DNA of 64,000 nucleotides from an uncultured Spartobacteria bacterium (lineage in GTDB: Bacteria; Verrucomicrobiota; Verrucomicrobiia; Chthoniobacterales; Terrimicrobiaceae): positions 36,949 to 100,948 of the forward strand of contig CALFPA010000131.1 in NCBI GenBank assembly GCA_937919825.1. The letters are read 5' to 3'. Positions 27,807-36,315 of the stretch are shown here, piece after piece (position 1 is the stretch's first letter; the number at the start of each line of letters is the position of its first letter). The translations under genes and the position numbers were made by a program. The notes beneath the pieces are model-generated. The model searched no databases and was not told where the DNA came from. It saw only the letters and a list, made by a program, of their open reading frames with translations.

Positions 27807-30317
27807 TCAGGCGTTTTGGATGGAAAAAAAGGTCACGATGGCTCCTGCGCGGGCTGAATCCTTGCGAATGTAGGGTCTGGCGCGGAGGTGGATGGTTTCG
27901 CCGGATTCCCAAGGGAAGCTGGTTTCGACCACATCCTGGCCATGGAGGATTTGGCGCGCAGCTTCAGTGGCTTTGAGCAGGAGGGGGTGGGAGAGTTCGA
28001 TGATGGCGCGGCCGTGGTCGTGCGGGAGCAATCCGGTGCGCCGGGCGGCGCTAGGAGTGAATTGCTGGATGCGGAGATCGGAATCGAGAAAGATATTGGC
28101 GATGTCGGCGCTGGAAATGAAGTTATCCAATTCCTCGTTCGCCTTGCTGAGTTCTTGGATTTTCGTCTGGTGCTCGTTGTTGAGGTTCTGGAGCTCCTCG
28201 TTGACGCTCTCGAGTTCTTCATTCGCGCTTTGGAGTTCCTCGTTGGAAGCGTGCAATTCCTCGTTTGATGTCTGTAATTCCTCGTTGGAGGCCTCCAATT
28301 CCTCGACGGCGGCCTTGAGGCGCGAGCGGTTGTCGCGGAGTTCCTCCTCCAGAACGCTGATGCGTTGCATGCTCTCGCGGAGTCCGACCTCATCCTCCTC
28401 GTTGCTGTTTTTTTTGTCGGTAACCTCCAGATACACGAGGAGGTAGATCCGGTCATCCTGCGAGGGACGGAAACTCTCTACGGAGAGCATGAAAACGGAC
28501 GAGGTTTGCTCGGTGTCTTCATGAATCGGGCCAAAATGGCAGGGCTTTTCTTCGGCGAGGACTCTGGCGGCGACGGTGGTGAGGGCGGCTGAGACGCTTT
28601 TCGGCAAAAGCTCGGAGAGGTTGATGCTCGCGCGGCCTTGTTTGAAACCAATATAGCGGCGGGTTTGGCCGAAGCTGTAGAGGATCTCCAAGCGGTTGTT
28701 GAGCACGAAGCAGGCCTGGTTCATCCGGCCAAGGATTTTGTCGGTAAAAGCCTCGAGGAGCCGTGTGGATTGGGTATCCATAACCGAGGGGAGGGGAGAA
28801 GGAATAAAGTAGTTTGTGGCGAGTCCGCCGCTGGTGGCGAGCGGGATGACCTCGGGAAGAATCGTAGAGGCGGGTGTTTTTTTGAAGTAAATGTGGTTCT
28901 TGGCATCGACTGGGCCGAAATTCTCGGCGACTTCGCCGATGGATTCGCTCATTCCGAGCATGAGTGCCCCGCCCATGCGGAGGGCGAAGTTCAGGATCGA
29001 GAGGACGCGCTGCTGGCTGAAGGATTGGAGGTAGATGAGGAGATTCCGGCAGCTGATGAGATCGAGCCGGTTGAAGGGCGGATCTTTGAGAATGTTGTGT
29101 TTCGCGAAAATCATATTTTCGCGGATGGAGCGCCGGATTTTGAAGGTATCCCCCTCGGGTGTGAAATATTTTTCGAGGAGGTGCGGGGGGATATCCGCCG
29201 CGACGCTCGAGGGATAGATGCCTTGGCCGGCGACCTGGAGGGCATCGCGATCCAGATCGGTCGCAAAAATTTTGAAGGTCATCCCGGCGTTGCCATGCTC
29301 GGCGATCGCCTCGGCAATGAGGATGGCGATCGTGTAGGCCTCCTCTCCGGTGGCGCATGCGGGCACCCAAACCCGCAACTGCCGATTGTGGGATTCTTTC
29401 ACCAAGCCGGGCAGGACCGTCTCGCGCAATCGAGCGAAAGCCTCTGGATCGCGGAAAAACGAGGTCACGCTAATGAGCATGTCTTTGGCGAGATTCTCGC
29501 ACTCGGCGGGGTTGTTTTGCAGGTAGGCGAGATACTCATCAAAAATAGGGAGGTGGCAGAGGCCCATTCGGCGCTCGAGGCGGCGGTGCACGCTCTCCTG
29601 CTTGTAGTCAGCGATATTGAAACTGGCATGGCGCTTGAGGAGGCTCTCTAATGTGCGCATGCGGAGCTGGGCTTTTTCATCTCGTGAGACGAGGGGAGGG
29701 GGAGTCTGGGTCGCGGGTCGCCGGGCGAGGCGCACGACTTCGCGGGCCAGTGTTTCGGGATCGGCGACCATGTCGGCCGCCTTGGCGAGAATGACACTTT
29801 CTGGCATGGTGGGGAATTGGGCGGTTTCCGGGCTTTGGGCGAGGATCATGCCGCCGGCGTCATTCAAGGCACGGGCCCCGATCGCGCCGTCGGTTCCGGA
29901 ACCGGAGAGGATGACGGCCATGGAATACTCCGAGTAATTCCGGGCCATCGAGCGAAGGAGCGTGTCGAAAATCAACTGCGGTCCGGCCTCGGGATCGGCG
30001 GTTTTGGCAACGAGTTGGCCATTTTGGATTTCAAACAAATGGTCGGTGGGCAAAACGAGAATTTCGCCCGCAGTCGGCCGGTCACCTTCCTTGGCCAAGC
30101 GGATGGGCAGCGCGATATGCGGGGCGAGGATTTCGGGGAGGTGGGTTATGTCGTCGGCAGGAAAGTGTTGGACGACGAGGAATGCCGCATGAAGCCCCTT
30201 CGGGATCGACTCCAGAAATTGCTGCAAAGGGGGGAGGCCTCCGGCGGAACAGCCGATGGCGATGAGGGGGGTCACTGCGGAACGATCAGGTTTCACCATA
30301 TCCCAAGGAATCAACAT
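27807..30317 (-). CDS. CheB-methylesterase / CheR-methyltransferase / coiled-coil / PAS fusion protein
   Basis: 836 aa. CheB-like IAIGCSAGGLPPLQQFL. CheR-like FFRDPEAF..LRVWVPACATGEEAYTIAILI. Heptad run EELEASNEELQTSNEELHASNEELQSANEELESVNEELQNLN. C-terminal PAS-like domain. Confidence 0.88.
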   Translation of the reverse strand: MLIPWDMVKPDRSAVTPLIAIGCSAGGLPPLQQFLESIPKGLHAAFLVVQHFPADDITHLPEILAPHIALPIRLAKEGDRPTAGEILVLPTDHLFEIQNGQLVAKTADPEAGPQLIFDTLLRSMARNYSEYSMAVILSGSGTDGAIGARALNDAGGMILAQSPETAQFPTMPESVILAKAADMVADPETLAREVVRLARRPATQTPPPLVSRDEKAQLRMRTLESLLKRHASFNIADYKQESVHRRLERRMGLCHLPIFDEYLAYLQNNPAECENLAKDMLISVTSFFRDPEAFARLRETVLPGLVKESHNRQLRVWVPACATGEEAYTIAILIAEAIAEHGNAGMTFKIFATDLDRDALQVAGQGIYPSSVAADIPPHLLEKYFTPEGDTFKIRRSIRENMIFAKHNILKDPPFNRLDLISCRNLLIYLQSFSQQRVLSILNFALRMGGALMLGMSESIGEVAENFGPVDAKNHIYFKKTPASTILPEVIPLATSGGLATNYFIPSPLPSVMDTQSTRLLEAFTDKILGRMNQACFVLNNRLEILYSFGQTRRYIGFKQGRASINLSELLPKSVSAALTTVAARVLAEEKPCHFGPIHEDTEQTSSVFMLSVESFRPSQDDRIYLLVYLEVTDKKNSNEEDEVGLRESMQRISVLEEELRDNRSRLKAAVEELEASNEELQTSNEELHASNEELQSANEELESVNEELQNLNNEHQTKIQELSKANEELDNFISSADIANIFLDSDLRIQQFTPSAARRTGLLPHDHGRAIIELSHPLLLKATEAARQILHGQDVVETSFPWESGETIHLRARPYIRKDSARAGAIVTFFSIQNA
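28179..28304 (-). repeat. Six tandem in-frame 21-bp repeats (EELxxxN heptads) inside the CheB-CheR-PAS gene
   Basis: Minus-strand units GAGGAATTGGAGGCCTCCAAC / GAGGAATTACAGACATCAAAC / GAGGAATTGCACGCTTCCAAC / GAGGAACTCCAAAGCGCGAAT / GAAGAACTCGAGAGCGTCAAC / GAGGAGCTCCAGAACCTCAAC. Confidence 0.9.
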
Positions 30318-30320
30318 TCC

Positions 30321-31019
30321 TCAGGTTGTAAGGGCTTCGATCGGCGGTGTCATGCATTGTTGTGCGATCCAGGCCGAGGCGACGCTGATGAGCTGGCTGC
30401 AGGTTTCCACGCCCATCTTGATTTTGATCCGCTCGCGGTGGGTATCCACGGTCTTGGGGCTGAGATTGAGTTGCTTGGCGATTCGGCTTGAGGGGAATCC
30501 TTTTCCGAGGAGGCTGAAAATCTCGAACTCCCTCGGGGTGAGAGCCTCTATCCCGGTGCGATTTTTGCGGGATCGGCCGTTCATGTATTCCAACATCTGG
30601 GCCGAGGCGGCCGGGCTGAGATAAATACTACCGCGAAGGACGGTGTGGATCGCTTTGAGCAACTCGTCCCCATCCGCGGATTTCATGATGTAGCCTCGGG
30701 CGCCGATCTCCAGGGCGCGGCGGGCGTAGGTAGATTCCGAATGCATCGAGAGCATGAGCACCGGCAGGTGGGGACAGCGGGCCGCGAGATCTTGCACAAG
30801 TTCAAACCCGCTCCGGCCCGGAAGCGTGACATCGGAAATCACGAGGGCAGGGCAATGGGCGATGGCGGCCGATAAGCCCTCCGCCGCGGTGCCGGCCTCG
30901 CCACAGACCTCCAATTTCGGGTCTGTCTCGATCATTTGGCGCACGCCCACCCGGGCGAGGGGATGGTCATCCACAAGCAGAATCCCGCTTTTTGGTGATC
31001 TTCGGTTGTTTTTCTTCAT
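30321..31019 (-). CDS. NarL/LuxR-family response regulator (REC + HTH)
   Basis: Contains ILLVDDHPLARVGV..LVISDVTLPG (REC) and C-terminal LTPREFEIFSLLGKGFPSSRIAKQLNLSPKTVDTHR (LuxR HTH). Its start overlaps the stop of the upstream kinase (ATGA). Confidence 0.9.
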   Translation of the reverse strand: MKKNNRRSPKSGILLVDDHPLARVGVRQMIETDPKLEVCGEAGTAAEGLSAAIAHCPALVISDVTLPGRSGFELVQDLAARCPHLPVLMLSMHSESTYARRALEIGARGYIMKSADGDELLKAIHTVLRGSIYLSPAASAQMLEYMNGRSRKNRTGIEALTPREFEIFSLLGKGFPSSRIAKQLNLSPKTVDTHRERIKIKMGVETCSQLISVASAWIAQQCMTPPIEALTT

Positions 31020-32665
31020 TTTTTAAAAACGCAATGAACGCTGGTGCCGCTTCCATTGTGGGAGTTGACGCAGACGGTGCCGTGGATGATGGCGGCGCGG
31101 TGTTTCATGATGGTGAGTCCCATGCCGTTCCCTTCGCCTTTGCTGGAATTCTTGTTTTCGATTCCAGAGCCGTTGTCGGTGATGGTGAGGATGCCTTCGC
31201 GTTTCTTAAAATGCAGGGCTACCCGGATGTGGGTGGCTTTGCCGTGCTTGATGGCATTTTGGATCGATTCTTGGGCGATGCGGAAGAGATTCGAAGAAAC
31301 TTCCGGGGAGAACTTGATGCCGGCTTCCGAGCACTCGAATTCACAATTTATTTGGAAAAGCGAGGTGGTGTCGGCGGCGAGTTGCTCCAGGGCCGTGGAA
31401 AGCTCCCCGTTTTCGAGTTCGACCGGGGCGAGACCTCGCGAGAGCAAGCGGGTGTGCTGGATGGAGCGCTGCACGGCTTGGATGATGGCGTGCAGCGAGG
31501 TCTGGACAGGGGAGCTTTTGCCGAGGCGCTTGGCGATGGCTTGGATCGAGTAGAAAATCCCGGCGAGTTCCTGACAAATGCCGTCGTGCAAATCGTGTCC
31601 GAGCCGTCGGTGCTCTCGCTCGCTGACTTTCACCAACTCCCGCTCGAGGTGCTTGCGGATCATGATCTCGTGTTCGAGTTCCTCGTTGATACGGTGGAGG
31701 GTCGTCGTGCGGCTCAGGACCATCTCCTCGAGATCCTCCTTGCTGCGAAGAAGGGCTTGTTCCACCTGCTCGCGGTCACTCACATCATTGAGGAAGCACA
31801 GGATCGATCGGCAGGTGACATTCTCATCAACGAGGCCGGAGAGATACCACTCGCCGTGCAACACATTTCTGTTCCGGTGGATGAATCGGGTGGTCACGAA
31901 TCCACTCATCTGCGTGCAGTTTGCCACGGATTCGTAGGCTTCCTGAAAACGCTCACGGTCCTCGGGGTAAACCAGCGGCATGGGAGCCGTGAGGGGTTGG
32001 CCATCGCGGAATTTCGGCGGGCCGAAAAACTCCTCCGCCTTGTGGTTCCACGAAAGGCACTGCCCTTCGGAATCGAACTCAATCACGGCGAGAGGGGAGT
32101 TGTTCATGTGATAAAGCAAGCGCTGGCCGGCCTCGGCGAGTCCGCTTTCACAGATCCGGTGCCGGGTCAAATCCCGGACGATGGCGATGATGGTTTGCGC
32201 TTCGAGGGTGTCCTGGGATTCCGGGCATGCTCGCACCTCGTAGCGCTTCGCTCCATGGGGTGACTGGATGGTAAACTCCCGGCAGGTTGTCGTGCGAGCG
32301 GCGATCGTGCTATCGATGAGTTTTTTCCAGAATTCACACATGGCCTCGGGCAAGCCGATCTCGCGACAATTTTTTCCAATAAGAAACTCCGGCTTCGTCC
32401 CAAGAATCTCCTCGCTCCGAGGGTTGGCGTAGAGCAGGCAACCGTCCGCGCCGATCCTCAGGATGATGTCGGGCGAATGATCGAGGATCGATCGGTGATT
32501 GGTTTTCTTGGAACCAGGAGGCAGAACCTCTGCTGGGGTGACATCGACCGGCCGAAGAATCTCCCCTGGGTGCAAATCGATCCTGTTGCCAGGTGTGGGA
32601 TGAGGAATGATGGGATGAGTTAGGGAGGAGGTGGGGGATATTGATCCCATGCGTGTGGAATGCAT
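31016..32665 (-). CDS. PAS-domain sensor histidine kinase (HisKA_3/NarX-type)
   Basis: 549 aa with two PAS-like segments. H-box HRRLGHDLHDGICQEL. HATPase motifs ITDNGSGI and GNGMGLTIM. No TM segment seen, so probably cytoplasmic. Confidence 0.88.
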   Translation of the reverse strand: MHSTRMGSISPTSSLTHPIIPHPTPGNRIDLHPGEILRPVDVTPAEVLPPGSKKTNHRSILDHSPDIILRIGADGCLLYANPRSEEILGTKPEFLIGKNCREIGLPEAMCEFWKKLIDSTIAARTTTCREFTIQSPHGAKRYEVRACPESQDTLEAQTIIAIVRDLTRHRICESGLAEAGQRLLYHMNNSPLAVIEFDSEGQCLSWNHKAEEFFGPPKFRDGQPLTAPMPLVYPEDRERFQEAYESVANCTQMSGFVTTRFIHRNRNVLHGEWYLSGLVDENVTCRSILCFLNDVSDREQVEQALLRSKEDLEEMVLSRTTTLHRINEELEHEIMIRKHLERELVKVSEREHRRLGHDLHDGICQELAGIFYSIQAIAKRLGKSSPVQTSLHAIIQAVQRSIQHTRLLSRGLAPVELENGELSTALEQLAADTTSLFQINCEFECSEAGIKFSPEVSSNLFRIAQESIQNAIKHGKATHIRVALHFKKREGILTITDNGSGIENKNSSKGEGNGMGLTIMKHRAAIIHGTVCVNSHNGSGTSVHCVFKK

Positions 32666-32707
32666 AGTTCTTCTTTATTTCCTAAAAATGAGACAACAAG
32701 CTAATAC

Positions 32708-33400
32708 TCATGAGAAGAGTTGGTGGGTGTAGCTCGACTTCCAAGATTCCTTGCTCCGGTCCCCATCGTGAGTTGCGAGGTGGACAAAGCGAGCGCGCAG
32801 GTCGGCCGCGAAATCCTCGACCAACTCGAAGGTCGAAGGCGCCGTGAGGGGTTCCTTTTCCTCACCTGGCCGCCATTCATCGGGATTCTGGGAAGAAGAA
32901 GGGCGGAGAGCGCGTTGCAAATCGGAGGCGGCACTGAGTCGGTGGCTAGCGATCGGGGGATGGCAGAAAAAATCCAGGCCGTTGAGAATGGTCTTTTGCC
33001 GAAGGTAGGCGGCCACCGAGATCGCGCCCGGCCCGACATGGTCGCTGAAAAGTGCGAAGAGCGCGGCGCGTCCGCAGGGATCGAGTTGCAACCAAGACTC
33101 CACCCATTGGCGGAATGCGGATGGGATTGGCTCGCGACCGGAGGCCGAGACGATCACCACATCGGCGAGCGATGAGGCATGGACTGCGGCACGGCGCGAG
33201 TCGCCATCTTGGAGGAGGTCCATTTTCCAGATGTTCACACCGAGCGAGACGGACTCGCCGACTTCCCCGCGAAGAAACTCGCAGGCCCGGAGGGCCCGGG
33301 CGGCGGAGACGAGGTTTTCATAAACGATGACGATTTGAAATTTCCGGTGACCGGGCTTCACACCGGCGATGTCGCTGCATTGTTCGATCAGGTGGTCCAT
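32708..33400 (-). CDS. Hypothetical protein, first gene of the HK/RR/CheBR operon
   Basis: 230 aa, no motif recognised. The N-terminal KFQIVIVYENLVSAARAL..DVVIVSASG stretch hints at a flavodoxin/receiver-like beta-alpha fold. 42-nt gap to the kinase gene. Confidence 0.5.
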   Translation of the reverse strand: MDHLIEQCSDIAGVKPGHRKFQIVIVYENLVSAARALRACEFLRGEVGESVSLGVNIWKMDLLQDGDSRRAAVHASSLADVVIVSASGREPIPSAFRQWVESWLQLDPCGRAALFALFSDHVGPGAISVAAYLRQKTILNGLDFFCHPPIASHRLSAASDLQRALRPSSSQNPDEWRPGEEKEPLTAPSTFELVEDFAADLRARFVHLATHDGDRSKESWKSSYTHQLFS

Positions 33401-33616
33401 TGGGATGATGAATTTTTAGAGTGGATGGTTTGTCGGGAAGTTTGCCGGCCCGGTGCCTGCATTTCCTGGGCAGAGTTATCTAATGCCGAGGGTCGGTGAT
33501 CTATGGGGTGATGGCCCCAGCCTGCTCTAGGAAATGGCTGCCACGGGGGACGGGAGGGTTTTTGAGGCGATCACCCCATGGAGGCGGGGAGCCGGCGCGT
33601 TTATCGATGCCCGCCT

Positions 33617-33817
33617 ATGAAACAAAAACCATTCTTCGACCTCGAAGCGGAAGAGCAGCTGGAACTCTTCGATGTCATCCCCGACATGCCGCTGCCGGGT
33701 CTCCTCGATGATCCAGCCAATGAACCGCACATGGAATGGCTGAAGCGCCAGTCCAATGACGGGCTCCGGATTTTCCTCCAAATCCTCGAAAACACCCAGG
33801 GGTTCCGCCGCTCATGA
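33617..33817 (+). CDS. Small hypothetical protein (66 aa) coupled to cfa
   Basis: ORF 33578..33817 trimmed to ATG 33617 (MKQKPFFDLEAEEQLELFDV). Its stop overlaps the cfa start (ATGA at 33814-33817). Acidic, no known motif. Confidence 0.4.
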   Translation: MKQKPFFDLEAEEQLELFDVIPDMPLPGLLDDPANEPHMEWLKRQSNDGLRIFLQILENTQGFRRS

Positions 33818-34995
33818 GCACCGCCACCGCACCCGCACCTGCGCCGCGTCTCAAACGCGGTGCCGCGCCCGCCAAAGTCGCCCGCGCCGAAAAGATCGTC
33901 ACGGATCTCTTCGCCGAGGCGGATATTCAAATCAATGGAGTCCGTCCCTGTGACATCCGCGTGAATGATTCGCGGTTTTTCGCGAGGGTTCTGGCGGAGG
34001 GAACGCTCGGCTTCGGCGAGTCCTACATGGAATCCTGGTGGGACTGCGACGACATCGAGGAGCTTTGCTTCCGATCGATCCGCAGTCGCATTTACGACCG
34101 CATCCAGCCGAGCTTCGGAGCGATCGTGGAAGTCGCCCTCTCGATTCTTCTGAACCTGCAAACCAAATCCCGCGCCCGGGTGGTGGCTCGGAAGCACTAC
34201 GAACTCGGGAATGATTTTTTCGGATCAATGCTCGATCCCTCGATGCAATACTCCTGCGCCTATTTCCATGGCACGGCGGACCTCGCCACCGCGCAGGAAA
34301 TGAAGATCGAACTCATCTGCCGCAAGCTGGGTCTGAGCCCCGGAATGCGGGTGCTCGATATTGGTTGTGGCTGGGGTGGCCTCGCCCAACACATGGCCTC
34401 GAACTATGGCTGCGAGGTGGTGGGGCTGACCATTTCGGAGGAGCAGCGCCGCTACGCCAACAACCTCTGCGCGGACCTGCCGGTGGATATCCGATTGCAG
34501 GACTACCGCGATGTGGATGGCGTCTATGACCGCATCGTGAGCGTCGGAATGTTCGAGCATGTGGGGCCAAAAAATCACCTGACCTACATGAAAAAAGTCC
34601 GCCGTTGCCTCAAGCCGGACGGGCTTTTTCTCCTCCACACGATCACCGCGAATGAAATCCGGCGGACATGCGACCGGTGGATTTCGAAATACATCTTCGC
34701 GAATTCCATGGTCCCAACCGCCTCGGAAGTGCTCCAGGCGTCGGAGGGATTATTCGTCACCGAGGACCTCCACAACCTGGGATTATACTATGTGCCGACG
34801 CTCCGTGCGTGGGAGTCGGCGTTCATGAAGTCCCGCGAGGAATTCCGTTTCCGCTACGGCGAGGAATTCGTCCGAATGTGGAGACTTTACCTACTGAGTT
34901 GCTCCGGCGCTTTCCGCGCAAGAAGCCTGCAAGTTTTTCAATTCCTCCTCTCTCCCGAAGGCGTGGAAGGCCACGAGCCACTTCGCTTCTCCTAA
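33814..34995 (+). CDS. cfa: Cyclopropane-fatty-acyl-phospholipid synthase
   Basis: 393 aa. Contains HYELGNDFF..MQYSCAYF, SAM motif VLDIGCGWGGLA and SVGMFEHVG. Confidence 0.9.
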   Translation: MSTATAPAPAPRLKRGAAPAKVARAEKIVTDLFAEADIQINGVRPCDIRVNDSRFFARVLAEGTLGFGESYMESWWDCDDIEELCFRSIRSRIYDRIQPSFGAIVEVALSILLNLQTKSRARVVARKHYELGNDFFGSMLDPSMQYSCAYFHGTADLATAQEMKIELICRKLGLSPGMRVLDIGCGWGGLAQHMASNYGCEVVGLTISEEQRRYANNLCADLPVDIRLQDYRDVDGVYDRIVSVGMFEHVGPKNHLTYMKKVRRCLKPDGLFLLHTITANEIRRTCDRWISKYIFANSMVPTASEVLQASEGLFVTEDLHNLGLYYVPTLRAWESAFMKSREEFRFRYGEEFVRMWRLYLLSCSGAFRARSLQVFQFLLSPEGVEGHEPLRFS

Positions 34996-35008
34996 ACCCG
35001 GAAAAAAT

Positions 35009-35055
35009 CGCGGCGGGGTTCATCACCCCATACCCCGCCGCGACCGGGCTTTTTA
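35009..35055 (+). terminator. Hairpin plus T-run downstream of cfa
   Basis: Perfect 10-bp stem cgcggcgggg/ccccgccgcg with a 14-nt loop. TTTTT lies 7 nt after the stem, which is not an ideal geometry. Confidence 0.45.
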
Positions 35056-35133
35056 AGAGCCTTGCCGATCAACTTCTATTTGAGCACAGGGCTTCATCTC
35101 CTCTTCAAATTGAGATTGGAAAGGCGCTTCGCG

Positions 35134-35209
35134 AGGAGGGCTCTGCTTGTCAGAGCCGCATCAGCGTGATGGCGCGAGCCGCCCCGGTCCTGACAAGCAG
35201 GACCCTCCT
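35134..35209. repeat. Inverted pair of the short hairpin repeat (copies 1 and 2)
   Basis: 35134-35157 aggagggctctgcttgtcagagcc and 35186-35209 ggtcctgacaagcaggaccctcct, in opposite orientation, 28 nt apart. Same family as 22670-22693, with different but still pairing stem bases. Confidence 0.8.
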
Positions 35210-35394
35210 GGGGGTTTCGTAAAAACAAGGTGGTTTTGAATCCAGGAGGTGATTCCGGTCAAAGTTTAGGTGCGATTACCGGCGTTATAAAACCTGCCCC
35301 ATTCGCCGCAGTCGGACGCGGTGATTTATCTAACTACACAGTCGCGTCAGCACTCATTCTTCCAAGAACGATTGACTCAGCGATTCCAAGGTAT

Positions 35395-35904
35395 TCATGC
35401 CCGGTGGATTCTTTTCAGCAGTTCGTCCTCCGCGATTTGGCGCTCGCGCGTGCGTCCCTCCCTCAGCGCATCAATCAAAGCTAAAATCTCGTAAAGTCGT
35501 GCATCCTGGCGAGCGGCCATCGGGGCGGATGGGTGCAGTGGCTCCACTCCGTATCCGAGTTTTTCCCCCGAGGCGTTCGGCCACACTGGGATGTTTTCCT
35601 TATCGAAGGAAATGAATTCAGCCACTGGTGGTGCCGCGAAGGATGTCGGAATACCTCGGGTCAGCCCGCCCATGACCACTGGAAAAACATAGCGCAAACC
35701 GTGAATCAGAAATTCCCGCACCGCGCCTTGCCGAATCCTCCGCTCTTTTGGCTCAACCAAGCCCGAGTGTCCGAGCCGCTGCACGGCGGCGTGGAATTCG
35801 GACGCGCTCATTCCCAGCTCTCCCGCTACGACAGCATAAGGCCGGGCGCTCTCCTCGAGAGTCAGTTTGGCTAGTGCATAAATATCTAAGGACTTTGCGA
35901 TCAT
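35395..35904 (-). CDS. Hypothetical protein with N-terminal winged-helix/HTH-like segment
   Basis: 169 aa. VAGELGMSASEFHAAVQRLGHSGLV looks like an HTH recognition region. The rest is unassigned. Sits in a visibly lower-GC patch, divergent from the EPS operon. Confidence 0.5.
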   Translation of the reverse strand: MIAKSLDIYALAKLTLEESARPYAVVAGELGMSASEFHAAVQRLGHSGLVEPKERRIRQGAVREFLIHGLRYVFPVVMGGLTRGIPTSFAAPPVAEFISFDKENIPVWPNASGEKLGYGVEPLHPSAPMAARQDARLYEILALIDALREGRTRERQIAEDELLKRIHRA

Positions 35905-35927
35905 CTCTGTTGCTTAGTTGAATACGC

Positions 35928-35946
35928 TATTCGCGAATGGCGAATA
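35928..35946. promoter_or_regulatory. Palindrome TATTCGC-N5-GCGAATA upstream of the wHTH gene
   Basis: 7-bp perfect inverted repeat, 24-42 nt upstream of the ATG at 35904. Candidate operator. No experimental or comparative support. Confidence 0.3.
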
Positions 35947-36315
35947 TGCAACACCGAATTATCTCCTGCCAGAAGTAGAGTCTTCACCTACCGAACGGCT
36001 CGGGAGGTTCTGATACCAAAGTCTCCAAGGTTTTGGATTATCGGATGATTTCGCTTCGATGGGTCTCGTGGAGTGCGCCCTCGCGGGGCGATGGAAAAAA
36101 TCCGGCTAGAGGCCGCTGGAATCTCTCCAAGTCGGGCGCGGGGCGCACCCGACAGCACCCGAGGGCGGGCGCGCTCCCAAGGTCCAGACACTACCGCGCC
36201 GTCGTCTAAAATTCCAAAAGCCCACAGCCGTTGGCCTGATCACTGCGGAAATGGCGGTGGAGTTCGGGACATCACCCCATACCGCGCCAGCGTGCCCCTT
36301 TCTAAACTGCCCACC

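Noticed and set aside
28179-28304. Tandem 21-bp repeats considered as a possible CRISPR-like or VNTR array.
   Set aside because: There are no spacers. The units are contiguous and in frame, and they encode a coiled-coil heptad inside a well-supported gene.
35353-35397. 14-codon minus-strand ORF (MNTLESLSQSFLEE) whose ATG overlaps the stop of the 169-aa wHTH gene.
   Set aside because: It is too short, and there is no supporting signal beyond the ATGA overlap. This is likely a coincidence.
36073-36315. ORF-track N-terminal extension of the BcsB-like protein (MRPRGAMEKIRLEAAGISPSRARGAPDSTRGRARSQ...).
   Set aside because: It runs across a GC-rich extragenic repeat-like block and has no signal peptide. 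The in-frame GTG at 36316 gives a canonical signal peptide instead.
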